Of a stretch of 54,187 bases of DNA, positions 24,950 through 33,763 are shown in pieces. The translations under genes were made by a program, and so were the position numbers. Under the pieces are notes generated by a model, which saw nothing but the letters and a program-made list of their open reading frames with translations, was not told where the DNA came from and did not search any database. The stretch is from an uncultured Candidatus Saccharibacteria bacterium (GTDB lineage: Bacteria; Patescibacteriota; SICC01), in contig CAYZCS010000002.1 of assembly GCA_964476895.1 (NCBI GenBank), positions 1 through 54,187 on the forward strand, in the 5' to 3' direction. Every line of letters begins with the position of its first letter. The first letter of the stretch is position 1.

Positions 24950-25177
24950 ATGGTTACTACCGCAGAAGCACGGTTTCTCAATAGCGTCAGCAAGCGGATC
25001 GCAGAGAAGCGAAAGGCAATAGGATACTCTCAGCTCAGACTTGCTAAAGAGAGCGGCCTGACAGAACGGCACATCGGTCATATCGAGCAGGGTCGTCGGA
25101 GACCCACACTCTTAACTCTCTATCGCCTCGCACGGGGACTCGACGTGGACGTTTCAGAACTATTAAAGGAACTATAG
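24950..25177 (+). CDS. small XRE-family HTH regulator (75 aa)
   Basis: KRIAEKRKAIGYSQLRLAKESGLTERHIGHIEQGRRRPTLLTLYRLARGL is a canonical HTH_3. It is divergent from the methyltransferase-like gene. Confidence 0.75.
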   Translation: MVTTAEARFLNSVSKRIAEKRKAIGYSQLRLAKESGLTERHIGHIEQGRRRPTLLTLYRLARGLDVDVSELLKEL

Positions 25178-25262
25178 GCAAGCAGCCCCTAGCAACGCAA
25201 CTAAATCTCCCTGTTGCTTTATAATTCACACAAGCAATCTACCATAAGGCCAGCAGGCCGTC

Positions 25263-25281
25263 AGTCCGGGCGCTCCGGACT
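25263..25281. terminator. 7-bp stem / 5-nt loop hairpin at the island boundary
   Basis: AGTCCGG-GCGCT-CCGGACT. It overlaps the stop codon of the 25280-28975 gene. No clear U-tract. Confidence 0.4.
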
Positions 25282-28200
25282 AGTACAGGTTCGCGATCGA
25301 CACGCCGGTGTAGTAGAACCCGAGAATCGTCGCGTAGCTCTGGCCGGCCGCGGCACGCCGGTAGGCACCCCACTGGCTCATACCGATGCCGTGCCCGAAT
25401 CCCTTGCCGGAGAAAATGAAGTCCGTGCCGCTCTTGCTAACGCCCGTCACCTGCGAACTCGGTAGGCCCAGCCGGCTGCGGTGGGTATCGGCCGCCAGCG
25501 TGTAATCCTTGGTCGCGCAGCCGCTCCCCGAGAGCCGCACCGTCTTCATCCGGCCGGAGGCGTACGTTGCCGGAACGCTGACGCCGGTCACCGTGCAGCC
25601 GTAGCCGTAGTTCGTCTTGATTGTGTCGCGGGCGGTCGTGTCCGGCCAGAGATGGTCGGTGTCGGACGCCAACGAGTAGCCATCGGACTTGCCGCGCAGG
25701 TAGTCGATCGGGTTGCCGCCCCAGACTTCCTCGTTCGAGGCGGTGTGGCCGGCCGCGTTCGAGCTGTAGAACGCCTGGATCAGGTTGCCGTCGCGCTTGA
25801 CCACTTTCCCCTTGGTCGCGCTGATCGCGCTCACGTGGTTCGGCTGGATCGCCTCACGGTTGTAACCGCGGTAGACCTGGTCGCGGGTGTCGTCGTACAG
25901 GTCGAAGATGTCGGTCTTCGGGGCGTTGATCTGCCGGGCCGCGTAGGTGCGTGCCGCTACGACCTGCGTCTTGATCGCCTCGGTCGGCCAGGAATCCGGC
26001 ACCTCACCGAGGCCGCGTAAATACTCCTCGAGGTACAGCGTGTTCACCGCCCAGCTGCCGACGGTACCGTTGCGGATCGCAATGGAACCACGGAACCGGT
26101 TGTTCGAGCCGCCGTCGGCCAGATCGGAGACCGTGAAGAGGTTCGTGGCGCCCTGCTCGGCGGTGAGGGCGCAACACGAGGTGATCGTCCCGCTCGGCAG
26201 GATCGCCTGGTAGGAAGAGCCGGTATACCGGAGCGTGACGGTCTGTCCGGCGCTGGCCGTACCGCGGACCGCCCCAAGCACGTCCCGGATCGTCACGGTA
26301 CCGTCCGACGTGAACGTCATCGAACCCTGCTGCGCCAACCCCACGTCGATCGGGTGGCTGACCGTCATGTTCCAGTAGATGCCGATGTCGCGCAGCCAGG
26401 CGATTCCCTCCACGACCGGGCGGAAGTATTCCTTGTACGTCCCAGGGGCCGGGTCGCCGACGACGTCGAATTCGAACTCACCGACTTCGCCGGGCGCGAT
26501 GGTCGTCTCACCGTCCACGTTCTTGCCCGTGTCCGTTATGTTCCGCGTGAGCTTGATCCGATTCATGCCGACCCAGCCGGCGGCCGTCCCGTCGTTCGTG
26601 AATCCGGAAAGCCGGTCCTGCGGCCGGTCGGTACCGAGCCGGACCGGGTTCGAGCCGTCCGATTGCCAGTTCGAGGAACCGATGTTCTTGAGGCGGATGC
26701 TCACGGTAGCGGTCGCGCCTTCTTCCATCACCGGATGGGCGCTCTGGCTCACCCACTCGTAGTCATACGCCTGCGATGGTACGACGATGGACCAGTAGAT
26801 GCCGATGTCCTTCAGCCAGGAGAAACGCTCGATCAGCGGCTGGAAGTATTCCTTGTGATTGGTGCCGCCGGACGGCGCCTTGAAATCGAACCGGAACCGG
26901 GCGGTCTCGCCGGGCTCGACCGTATTTGTCTCGGTGAGGACACCGCCGGACACCGTCCCCTTGAACGCGCCGATGCGGTTCGGAACCTGCCAGGTGTCGT
27001 TGTAGGTGATGCTCGAACGGTCCCGGGTGCGGCTGGTACCCAGCTTGAAGTCGAATAACGTGTCGTTGCGCCAGGTACCGCTCCCGGTGTTCTTCAGGTC
27101 GATCGTCACCTCCTGCCGTTCGTTCGGCTGCATCACGCCGCTGGTGTTGGTCTGGCTGACATACTGGTAGGCGTAGGTTTCCCCCGACACCGTCGGTTCC
27201 AGGTACATTCCCCAATCCTCAAGCCAGGTCACGCCTTCGGCGACCGGCTGGAAGTATTCCCGGAGGTTCGCCACGGTGGTCCGCGGTGGCGCCGTCATCG
27301 TGAAGCTGAACCGGGCGGTTTCGCCGGGCTCGATGGTGCCGATGGTCGTGACCGAACCGTCGCCTTCGACGCGCCCCGCAAAGCTTCCCGTCCGGTTGGG
27401 CGCCAGCCAGGTCGAGTTATAGAACGGCGATACGCGATCGCGCGGATGACTCGTGCCGAGCCGGACCGGATTAGAGCCGGTATTCGACCAGGCCAGCGAA
27501 CCGGTGTTCTTGAAGTCCACGTGTACCGTCGCATCCTCCCCCGGACTGATCGAGGGGTGCGCCGACTGCCCGGCCCAGCGTGCCGAATACGGCTTGAGCT
27601 GGTCCAGCGCGCGCTTGGCGTTAAGCCGTCCATGGCCGTAGAGATCGGTCCGGGTGGCCCCGTTCATGCCGGATACCTTGTCCGCGGACTTGTGAAGGAT
27701 GCTCCTGACCTGGGCCGTGGTCAGTCCCGGGTTGATGCTCTTGAGCAGGCTCGCCACACCGGCCACGTGCGGCGTGGAGAGCGAGGTGCCGCTGGCGTTG
27801 ATGTAGCTCGTAGTGCTGAGCCCGGCGCCCCGGATGCCGGAACCCGGCGCGACCAGGTCCAGTTCCGGACCTCCGTTGGAGTAGCTGGCACGGACGTCGG
27901 TCGAACCGGTAGCACCGACGGCAATCGCGTCCGGGTGTTTGGCCGGATAATCCACCACGGTCGAAGAGCCGTCGTTGCCGGAGGCGGCGACCACGATGGT
28001 CCCGCGGCCCGTCGCATACTCGATGGCCGCGTCGGTCATGGCGTCGCTGTCCACACCGAACGCGCCCAAGCTGAGGTTCGCGGTCTTCGCACCTACGACG
28101 GAAGCGTACCGGATACCCTCGGCCACGTCGGAGAAGAAGCCGAACCCATCGCTGTCGAGGACCTTCACCGCGACGATCTTCGCCTGCCAGTCCACACCGG

Positions 28201-28975
28201 CGATACCGGTGGCGTTATCGGTCGCGGCGCCGGTGACCGACGAGGTCAGGGTGCCGTGGCCGTGGTCATCCAATGGGCCGTCGGCGTCATTCTGGAAGAC
28301 GCCGCTTTCCGGCTGGGTCGCGTTCACGAAATCCATTCCGTGATAATCGTCGATGTACCCGTTTCCATCATCGTCGATACCGTTGTCGGGCGTTTCGCCG
28401 GCGTTCGTCCACATCCGTGCGGTCAGGTCCTCGTGACTCCGGTTCACCCCCGTATCGATGTTGGCGGACAGGAGCGAATCGTCACCGATGGTCCGGTCCC
28501 ACGCCTGCGGGGCGTCGATCTTCGGCAGGTTCCACTGGTGAGACGCGTACTGCGGGTCGTCCGGTGTCCGGGTGGCGGTGACCACGTAGTCGGGAGTCGC
28601 CTGCGTAACGCCCGGGACTGCGGCCACGGATTGCCGCTCCGACTCGAGCGGACCGTCGATTGCCAGCAGGTAGGTGTCGGGCAGGGTAGTCGGCGTGAGC
28701 CGGTCGCCGAATCGGGCCTTGGCCTCGTCGCCCGCCAGGGTCACGACCAGGCGGTCTGCCGCCGCCTTGGCTTCACGGCCGTCCACCTCCACCCGCTCGA
28801 CGGGTTGGCCGGCGACTTCGGTAACGCGCTCGATCCGCTCGACGGTGTCGAGCGCTGCCGGGGCCGCCGGGGCGGCCTGACGGGAGAGAAGGACGACGCC
28901 GGCTATCGCCGTCACTGCTGCGCAGGCCGTGACGATAGCCGAATGGGCGAGAATCCTTCTGGTGCTCCGTGTCAT
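25280..28975 (-). CDS. 1231-aa secreted multidomain protein: S8 subtilisin-like protease + 3 Ig-like repeats + SpoIID/LytB domain
   Basis: N-terminal anchor ILAHSAIVTACAAVTAIAGVVLL. S8 triad contexts NIDTGV, HGHGT and GTSLSTPHVAG. Three ~135-aa repeats follow (..KNTGS..W....LGT...RDR...PGE.A.F.F....Y.EYF.P....W..D.G.Y). The C-terminus has LEEYLRGLGEVP, VVAARTYA, AFYSSNAAGHTASNEEVWG and GHGIGMSQWGA (SpoIID). Confidence 0.9.
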   Translation of the reverse strand: MTRSTRRILAHSAIVTACAAVTAIAGVVLLSRQAAPAAPAALDTVERIERVTEVAGQPVERVEVDGREAKAAADRLVVTLAGDEAKARFGDRLTPTTLPDTYLLAIDGPLESERQSVAAVPGVTQATPDYVVTATRTPDDPQYASHQWNLPKIDAPQAWDRTIGDDSLLSANIDTGVNRSHEDLTARMWTNAGETPDNGIDDDGNGYIDDYHGMDFVNATQPESGVFQNDADGPLDDHGHGTLTSSVTGAATDNATGIAGVDWQAKIVAVKVLDSDGFGFFSDVAEGIRYASVVGAKTANLSLGAFGVDSDAMTDAAIEYATGRGTIVVAASGNDGSSTVVDYPAKHPDAIAVGATGSTDVRASYSNGGPELDLVAPGSGIRGAGLSTTSYINASGTSLSTPHVAGVASLLKSINPGLTTAQVRSILHKSADKVSGMNGATRTDLYGHGRLNAKRALDQLKPYSARWAGQSAHPSISPGEDATVHVDFKNTGSLAWSNTGSNPVRLGTSHPRDRVSPFYNSTWLAPNRTGSFAGRVEGDGSVTTIGTIEPGETARFSFTMTAPPRTTVANLREYFQPVAEGVTWLEDWGMYLEPTVSGETYAYQYVSQTNTSGVMQPNERQEVTIDLKNTGSGTWRNDTLFDFKLGTSRTRDRSSITYNDTWQVPNRIGAFKGTVSGGVLTETNTVEPGETARFRFDFKAPSGGTNHKEYFQPLIERFSWLKDIGIYWSIVVPSQAYDYEWVSQSAHPVMEEGATATVSIRLKNIGSSNWQSDGSNPVRLGTDRPQDRLSGFTNDGTAAGWVGMNRIKLTRNITDTGKNVDGETTIAPGEVGEFEFDVVGDPAPGTYKEYFRPVVEGIAWLRDIGIYWNMTVSHPIDVGLAQQGSMTFTSDGTVTIRDVLGAVRGTASAGQTVTLRYTGSSYQAILPSGTITSCCALTAEQGATNLFTVSDLADGGSNNRFRGSIAIRNGTVGSWAVNTLYLEEYLRGLGEVPDSWPTEAIKTQVVAARTYAARQINAPKTDIFDLYDDTRDQVYRGYNREAIQPNHVSAISATKGKVVKRDGNLIQAFYSSNAAGHTASNEEVWGGNPIDYLRGKSDGYSLASDTDHLWPDTTARDTIKTNYGYGCTVTGVSVPATYASGRMKTVRLSGSGCATKDYTLAADTHRSRLGLPSSQVTGVSKSGTDFIFSGKGFGHGIGMSQWGAYRRAAAGQSYATILGFYYTGVSIANLY

Positions 28976-29074
28976 GTTGGTTTCTAGAAAATTGTCTAAG
29001 CATAGCGAAAAAAGAGCCGTTTGTCAAGTCTCCCTGCCGCATCCCCGCGCCTAGAGGTCTGATATGCTGCTCGT

Positions 29075-29647
29075 ATGCAAAAACCGACCATCCTCTATGA
29101 CCTGTCCGCGATCGTGCACGATGACCTCGCCGCCGAAGCGGGAACTATCGCCGAAACGCTGGAGCGTTCGGAGGATGACGTGATCGCCGCGGTCGCCGAA
29201 TCGAAACCGGCCTACGACCGCGGAGAGATCACCCAGAGCGAGCACTGGGGTCAGGTCGCGCTCAAGTTGGCCCTTGAGGAAATCGACACGTTGTCCATGT
29301 TCGCGATCAACGGCGCGGAGGTGGAGCAATCGGTGCTCGGACGGATTCGCGTGCAATCGCCGACGCACGTGCTCGGCCTGGTCTCCGACGCCACGCCGGA
29401 TTTCGTGGGTCATTTCCGGAAACGCTACCAGCTCGACGAGCTGCTGCACGTACATGTGATCGGCTCGGAGCTCGACGAAAACCGCGACTATCCGGGCCTG
29501 CTCAAGCTGTCAGCGGAGCGGCTCCAGCACCCGCGGGAGGGGCTGCCGTTCGTGGATATCAAGCCGGTGCACCTGGAAACCGCCAAGGGTCTCGGCATGC
29601 GGCCGTTCGACGTCCGGGAGCATCCCGGGGTGTTCCCCGGTCATTGA
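29075..29647 (+). CDS. HAD-superfamily-like hydrolase, motif I degenerate
   Basis: ILYDLSAIV replaces the DxDxT/V nucleophile motif. The later VSDATP and VDIKPVHLETAKGLGM segments fit HAD motifs II-IV. Confidence 0.5.
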   Translation: MQKPTILYDLSAIVHDDLAAEAGTIAETLERSEDDVIAAVAESKPAYDRGEITQSEHWGQVALKLALEEIDTLSMFAINGAEVEQSVLGRIRVQSPTHVLGLVSDATPDFVGHFRKRYQLDELLHVHVIGSELDENRDYPGLLKLSAERLQHPREGLPFVDIKPVHLETAKGLGMRPFDVREHPGVFPGH

Positions 29648-29672
29648 ACTTGTTCCAAAGCCGGCGAAACGC

Positions 29673-30911
29673 TCATCGTCCTTTGGCTGCTTTCAGGAGC
29701 AGCTTCGGGAGCGAGCTACCCATCTTCAGGCGGCGCACGTCGAACGTGCGGGTGCGAACGTTCTCTTTCCCTTGGATCAGGTCTGCCAACGTTATGCCGG
29801 ATACGGTGCCGTTGGTAAGCCCCCACTTCATGAAGGCCGTCGCCACGTAGAGACACTTCGATCCCGGGAGGAGCTTGCCAATCAACGGCATGTTGTCTAT
29901 CGAGAGGTAGTCCCAGGTGTTCCAGCGGTATTCGACCGGACCGGCGTTGAGCCGCTCCCGGGCATAGCCCGCCAGCCGCCGGTACCGCCGGTTAGCGGTG
30001 CCGCCGCCGAAGTACGGCACGTGGCTTTCGCCACCGACCAGGAGCAGGTCGGTGCCGTCCACGGTAACCGGCAGGATGGAGCGCAGCGGTCCGTCGTAGG
30101 TGATGTACATACCGCGCAGGCCGTTGCTCGGTTTGGTCGCCACGACGTAGGATTGCAGCGGATATTCGATCGTGCAGTAGAGTCCGCGGCTTGCCGGTTG
30201 GAACGGCACGTTCGTGGCCATGATCACGTGTGGAGCGGTAACCGTGCCGTCTGCCGTCTCGACCCGGCACGGCTTTCCGTCTTTGATGCCGCTCACCTTG
30301 ACCTTGCTTCGCTCGAAGATCCGACCGCCATTGCCCTGGACGGCCTCTGCCAATCCGAGCAAGTACTTACGGGAGTGGAACTTGGCCTGACCGGTGAATC
30401 GAACGGCGCCTTGGACGGAAAACGGCAGCGGCGTCTCGACCGTGAATTCGGCCGGCAGTCCCAGCTCCCTGGCGGTCCGGGCCTCCGCTTTGAAAGCCGC
30501 GACCCGGTCGGCCCGTTCCGTAAAGACATAATTGTCATCACGCTGCCAGTCGCAGTCGATGCCCTCCTGCGTGATGATACCTTCGATCTCACCGATCGCG
30601 GTTTGGTTCGCCTCGGCATAGGTCCGCGCGGCCTCCCTGCCGACGTCACGCGCGAGACGGTCGTACGCGAGGCCATGCTGGGACGTGACCTTGCCGGTGG
30701 TGTGGCCGGTAACGCCCGAACCGATCGTGCCCTTCTCCAGCACCGCCACCGTCAATCCGGCACGCTTCAGGAAGTAGGCCGCGGTCAGACCGACGATTCC
30801 GCCGCCGATAATCACCACATCGGCATGCGTATCGCCGGCCAGGGCCGGATAGCCGGGACTGGCCATGCTGTCCGTCCAGTACGAAACGTCCTTGCCGAGC
30901 GGTACCGCCAT
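29673..30911 (-). CDS. FAD-dependent oxidoreductase (DAO family)
   Basis: ADVVIIGGGIVGLTAAYFLKRAGLTVAVLEK dinucleotide-binding motif; 412 aa. Confidence 0.85.
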   Translation of the reverse strand: MAVPLGKDVSYWTDSMASPGYPALAGDTHADVVIIGGGIVGLTAAYFLKRAGLTVAVLEKGTIGSGVTGHTTGKVTSQHGLAYDRLARDVGREAARTYAEANQTAIGEIEGIITQEGIDCDWQRDDNYVFTERADRVAAFKAEARTARELGLPAEFTVETPLPFSVQGAVRFTGQAKFHSRKYLLGLAEAVQGNGGRIFERSKVKVSGIKDGKPCRVETADGTVTAPHVIMATNVPFQPASRGLYCTIEYPLQSYVVATKPSNGLRGMYITYDGPLRSILPVTVDGTDLLLVGGESHVPYFGGGTANRRYRRLAGYARERLNAGPVEYRWNTWDYLSIDNMPLIGKLLPGSKCLYVATAFMKWGLTNGTVSGITLADLIQGKENVRTRTFDVRRLKMGSSLPKLLLKAAKGR

Positions 30912-31051
30912 CGTGGGAAGAGTGTACCGATGTCTCCCGTGTCGTCAATGGAAAGCTGCCTACTAAAACTAACTGTACAAACGAATTAAGGCGGATAGAT
31001 ACAGCGGTGATGTGTACACAGGCCGAGCCGCCGCAACGAATCTATCGCTTG

Positions 31052-31252
31052 TCAGTCTAAATCCGTAGGTGTAAGCGGTTCGATTCCCCGCTCTCTCATT
31101 GCCGCATTTCTGCGTTGCTCGGCTGCTAGAATCTCAGCCTGCCTCTCGGCATCAAGCCCTTCAAACCACTCCCGATTCTCCGGGAAAATTACTGCCTCGG
31201 CTTCACCAACCTCGATTTTTTTGGAATCTGACATAACGAAGTAGATTATCAC
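31052..31252 (-). CDS. small acidic hypothetical protein (about 60 aa)
   Basis: Likely start MSDSKK at 31234. The C-terminal RGIEPLTPTDLD is encoded antisense to a tRNA-T-arm-like fragment, so the ORF may be partly fortuitous. Confidence 0.3.
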   Translation of the reverse strand: MIIYFVMSDSKKIEVGEAEAVIFPENREWFEGLDAERQAEILAAEQRRNAAMRERGIEPLTPTDLD

Positions 31253-31438
31253 ATGTTAGACATCGAGAAAAACGCACTATGAACAAATCCTAGCTGCTCG
31301 TATCTAGCCAATGAAAAGCGGTTTCAATCTGATCGATCAACCGAGGGATGGTGCGGGAGATGCAGGGTGATTATGACGTGGTGTCAAAATACGCGTAGCC
31401 TGCAGAGCTCCCGGCTTATCCGTCACAACCATCCGTGT

Positions 31439-31672
31439 TTACTCCAGCCAGCCGAGGTCCTTCAGGGCCTGACACTCCGTGCAAAGCTCCTTCGGAGGAC
31501 TGGTGTAGTTCTCGGGAAGCCTGTCGGACTGGTGTCCGCAGCTGATGCAGTAGAAGTGCATCGGGGAACCGGCTGGGAGTTGGCTATCGTTGATCTGCTC
31601 TGGCTTGTTCGCGCGCCGCTCGGCAAGTGCCTGTAAGGCGGCTTCGCGACCATCGGTGGTGGCAAGTGCCAT
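31439..31672 (-). CDS. 77-aa zinc-ribbon-like hypothetical protein
   Basis: AAAGGAG SD before the ATG. Contains CISCG...CTEC (CxxC...CxxC). Confidence 0.55.
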   Translation of the reverse strand: MALATTDGREAALQALAERRANKPEQINDSQLPAGSPMHFYCISCGHQSDRLPENYTSPPKELCTECQALKDLGWLE

Positions 31673-31760
31673 GATGTATCTCCTTTGGTTGTGACGGGTC
31701 GATCGACCAGATTGTGAAAGAACTCAAAATACTACTACGATTGAGGTCTTTATCCAACGG

Positions 31761-31833
31761 TGCCCCGGGAGGGTCTCGAACCCCCGACACATGGGTTAAA
31801 AGCCCACTGCTCTGCCAACTGAGCTACCGGGGC
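31761..31833 (-). tRNA. tRNA-Lys (anticodon UUU)
   Basis: Hand-folded 73-nt cloverleaf: acceptor GCCCCGG/CCGGGGC, D arm GCTC-AGTTGGCA-GAGC, anticodon arm GTGGG-CTTTTAA-CCCAT, T arm GGGGG-TTCGAGA-CCCTC, discriminator A. CCA is not fully encoded. Confidence 0.9.
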
Positions 31834-31989
31834 AGCCCACATATTGTACCCCGCCTGACCGTTCTGGCTAAGAAAGTTGAGCGCTCACTGCCTCGTGTCA
31901 GGAAACGCTCAGGATCCGGAAATAAGAACGTTGCTCTCCGTCGGGGAAATCCCGAGAAAGCGTTTCCGACGCGACGGCAGTGGGCGCGA

Positions 31990-32508
31990 CTACTCTTCTT
32001 CCGGATCCCGCACGAACATCATCACGATGATCGGCAGGAGCGTCCAGACGAACAGCGCTGTCTCGGTCGCGAACAGGTTCTGCGTGGCATCCAGCAGTGC
32101 GGCCCGGCGGTCGGGCGGCACGAACGAGAGCACCACGGAAACGAGCAGTCCCGCGTGGAGGATCGAGAAGATGATGATCTGCCAGGCCTTGCCCTGGATC
32201 TCGGTGGCAGCGAACGCCCGCCGTAGCGCGGAATTCGAGAGGAAGAAGAAGATCAGCAGCATCGTGGCCACGAACGCCGTGATCTGCACTACGAAGAACG
32301 GGCTGGAGCCGACGGTGACGTCCTGGGCCCCGCCAAGGAACGGTGCCGTCTGCGTAAGTGCCAACGCCATGTACGTGCTGACCAGGAGCACCATGATCCG
32401 CGAGCGCCCCAGCGTGAAGCCGTAGACGAACGTCGCGACGATGAAGAAAAGGAAAATGAACAAATCCCAACTGGGGCTGTTCACATCTAGTCCGGTAAGA
32501 AATTCCAC
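31990..32508 (-). CDS. polytopic membrane protein (CvpA-like)
   Basis: Four to five hydrophobic helices and an acidic C-terminus. The family call is from general resemblance only. Confidence 0.5.
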   Translation of the reverse strand: MEFLTGLDVNSPSWDLFIFLFFIVATFVYGFTLGRSRIMVLLVSTYMALALTQTAPFLGGAQDVTVGSSPFFVVQITAFVATMLLIFFFLSNSALRRAFAATEIQGKAWQIIIFSILHAGLLVSVVLSFVPPDRRAALLDATQNLFATETALFVWTLLPIIVMMFVRDPEEE

Positions 32509-32572
32509 GGTTCGTTCGTTTTGGTTTCTGAAAAAAGCGTACTACTTCCACAGGCAGGCGACAAGCCGGAAA

Positions 32573-33721
32573 CTACAATCCGAGCTTGCCGAACAGCCCG
32601 GATTTGCCTCCGGCATCCGCACCGCTGTGCTTGCCAAGCTCCTCCACGAGCTTCTTTCCTTCCGCGGAAAGCTTCTTCGGCACGACCACGTGGACGGTCA
32701 CGACGAGGTCACCGCGCGCTGCCGAACCGAGCTTCGGCATGCCCTCGCCCCTCAACGTGAATGGGGTCTCGCTCTGGGTCCCTGCCGGAATCTTCAGCTT
32801 CGCCGTATCTCCGGTCGGAGTCGGGACGTCGAGGGTAGCCCCGAGCGCCGCCTGCGAAAAGCTCACCGGCACCGTGATTTTGAGGTTCGAACCGTCGCGT
32901 TCGAAGACCTTAGAGGGTTTCACGCGGATGATCACGTACGCATGGCCGGGCGGCGCCCCCCGTTCGCCGGCCTCGCCGGCCCCTTGCACCCGGATCGTCT
33001 GACCGTCGTCGATGCCCGGCGGTATCTTCACCTTGAGCGTCTCTTTCTTCTGTACCCGTCCTTCGCCACCGCAGGTCGGGCACGCCTTTTCCGGCCGTTT
33101 GCCCTCGCCGTGGCACTCCGGGCACGGGGTTACCTGGGCCATCGTGCCGAGGATCGTCCGCCGGGTGACCTGCACCTGGCCCTGGCCATCGCAGCGCTGG
33201 CAGGTCACGATCTTCGCGCCCTTGGCGGCGCCGTTGCCGCTGCAGGTCTCGCAAGTCGCACGCCGCGTCAGCGACACTTCCTTGTCCGCACCACGGACGG
33301 CTTCTTCGAAATCGACGGTCACGCTTACCTGCAGGTCGGAGCCGCGCGCCGGACCACGCTGCCGCGTACCACCGCCGAACCCGCCGAAGAACTGTTCGAA
33401 GATATCGCCGAACCCGCCGAAGTCGACACCTTCGGCGCCGCCCTGGAATCCGCCGAATCCCTGGCCGCCGAAGCCACCCGGGCCAGCACCGGCGCCGGCC
33501 GCACCGGCATGGCCAAACTGGTCGTACGCCGTCCGTTTCTTGTCGTCGGAGAGTACCTCGTACGCCTCCTGGACTTCACGGAACTTGCGTTCGTCCTCCT
33601 CGGTACCGCCTTTGTCGGGATGGTACTTGTGTGCCAGCTTCCGGTAGGCCTTCTTGATATCATTCGTCGAGGCCTGCCGCGAAATACCGAGAATGTCGTA
33701 ATAGTCCTTGCTAGTAGGCAT
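32573..33721 (-). CDS. dnaJ: molecular chaperone DnaJ (type I)
   Basis: J domain with HPD, a G/F-rich linker, and four CxxCxGxG repeats ([32 protein letters not shown]). Confidence 0.97.
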   Translation of the reverse strand: MPTSKDYYDILGISRQASTNDIKKAYRKLAHKYHPDKGGTEEDERKFREVQEAYEVLSDDKKRTAYDQFGHAGAAGAGAGPGGFGGQGFGGFQGGAEGVDFGGFGDIFEQFFGGFGGGTRQRGPARGSDLQVSVTVDFEEAVRGADKEVSLTRRATCETCSGNGAAKGAKIVTCQRCDGQGQVQVTRRTILGTMAQVTPCPECHGEGKRPEKACPTCGGEGRVQKKETLKVKIPPGIDDGQTIRVQGAGEAGERGAPPGHAYVIIRVKPSKVFERDGSNLKITVPVSFSQAALGATLDVPTPTGDTAKLKIPAGTQSETPFTLRGEGMPKLGSAARGDLVVTVHVVVPKKLSAEGKKLVEELGKHSGADAGGKSGLFGKLGL

Positions 33722-33763
33722 AGCGTGTCTAGTTTAGGGAATTATCGCCGTACCGTCAGGTGG

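Noticed and set aside
31020-31100. A second complete tRNA gene on the plus strand ending ...GGTTCGATTCCCCGCTCTCTCA
   Set aside because: The T-stem has two mismatches. No complementary GAGAGAG 5' acceptor or D-arm lies upstream. I kept it only as a possible tRNA fragment.
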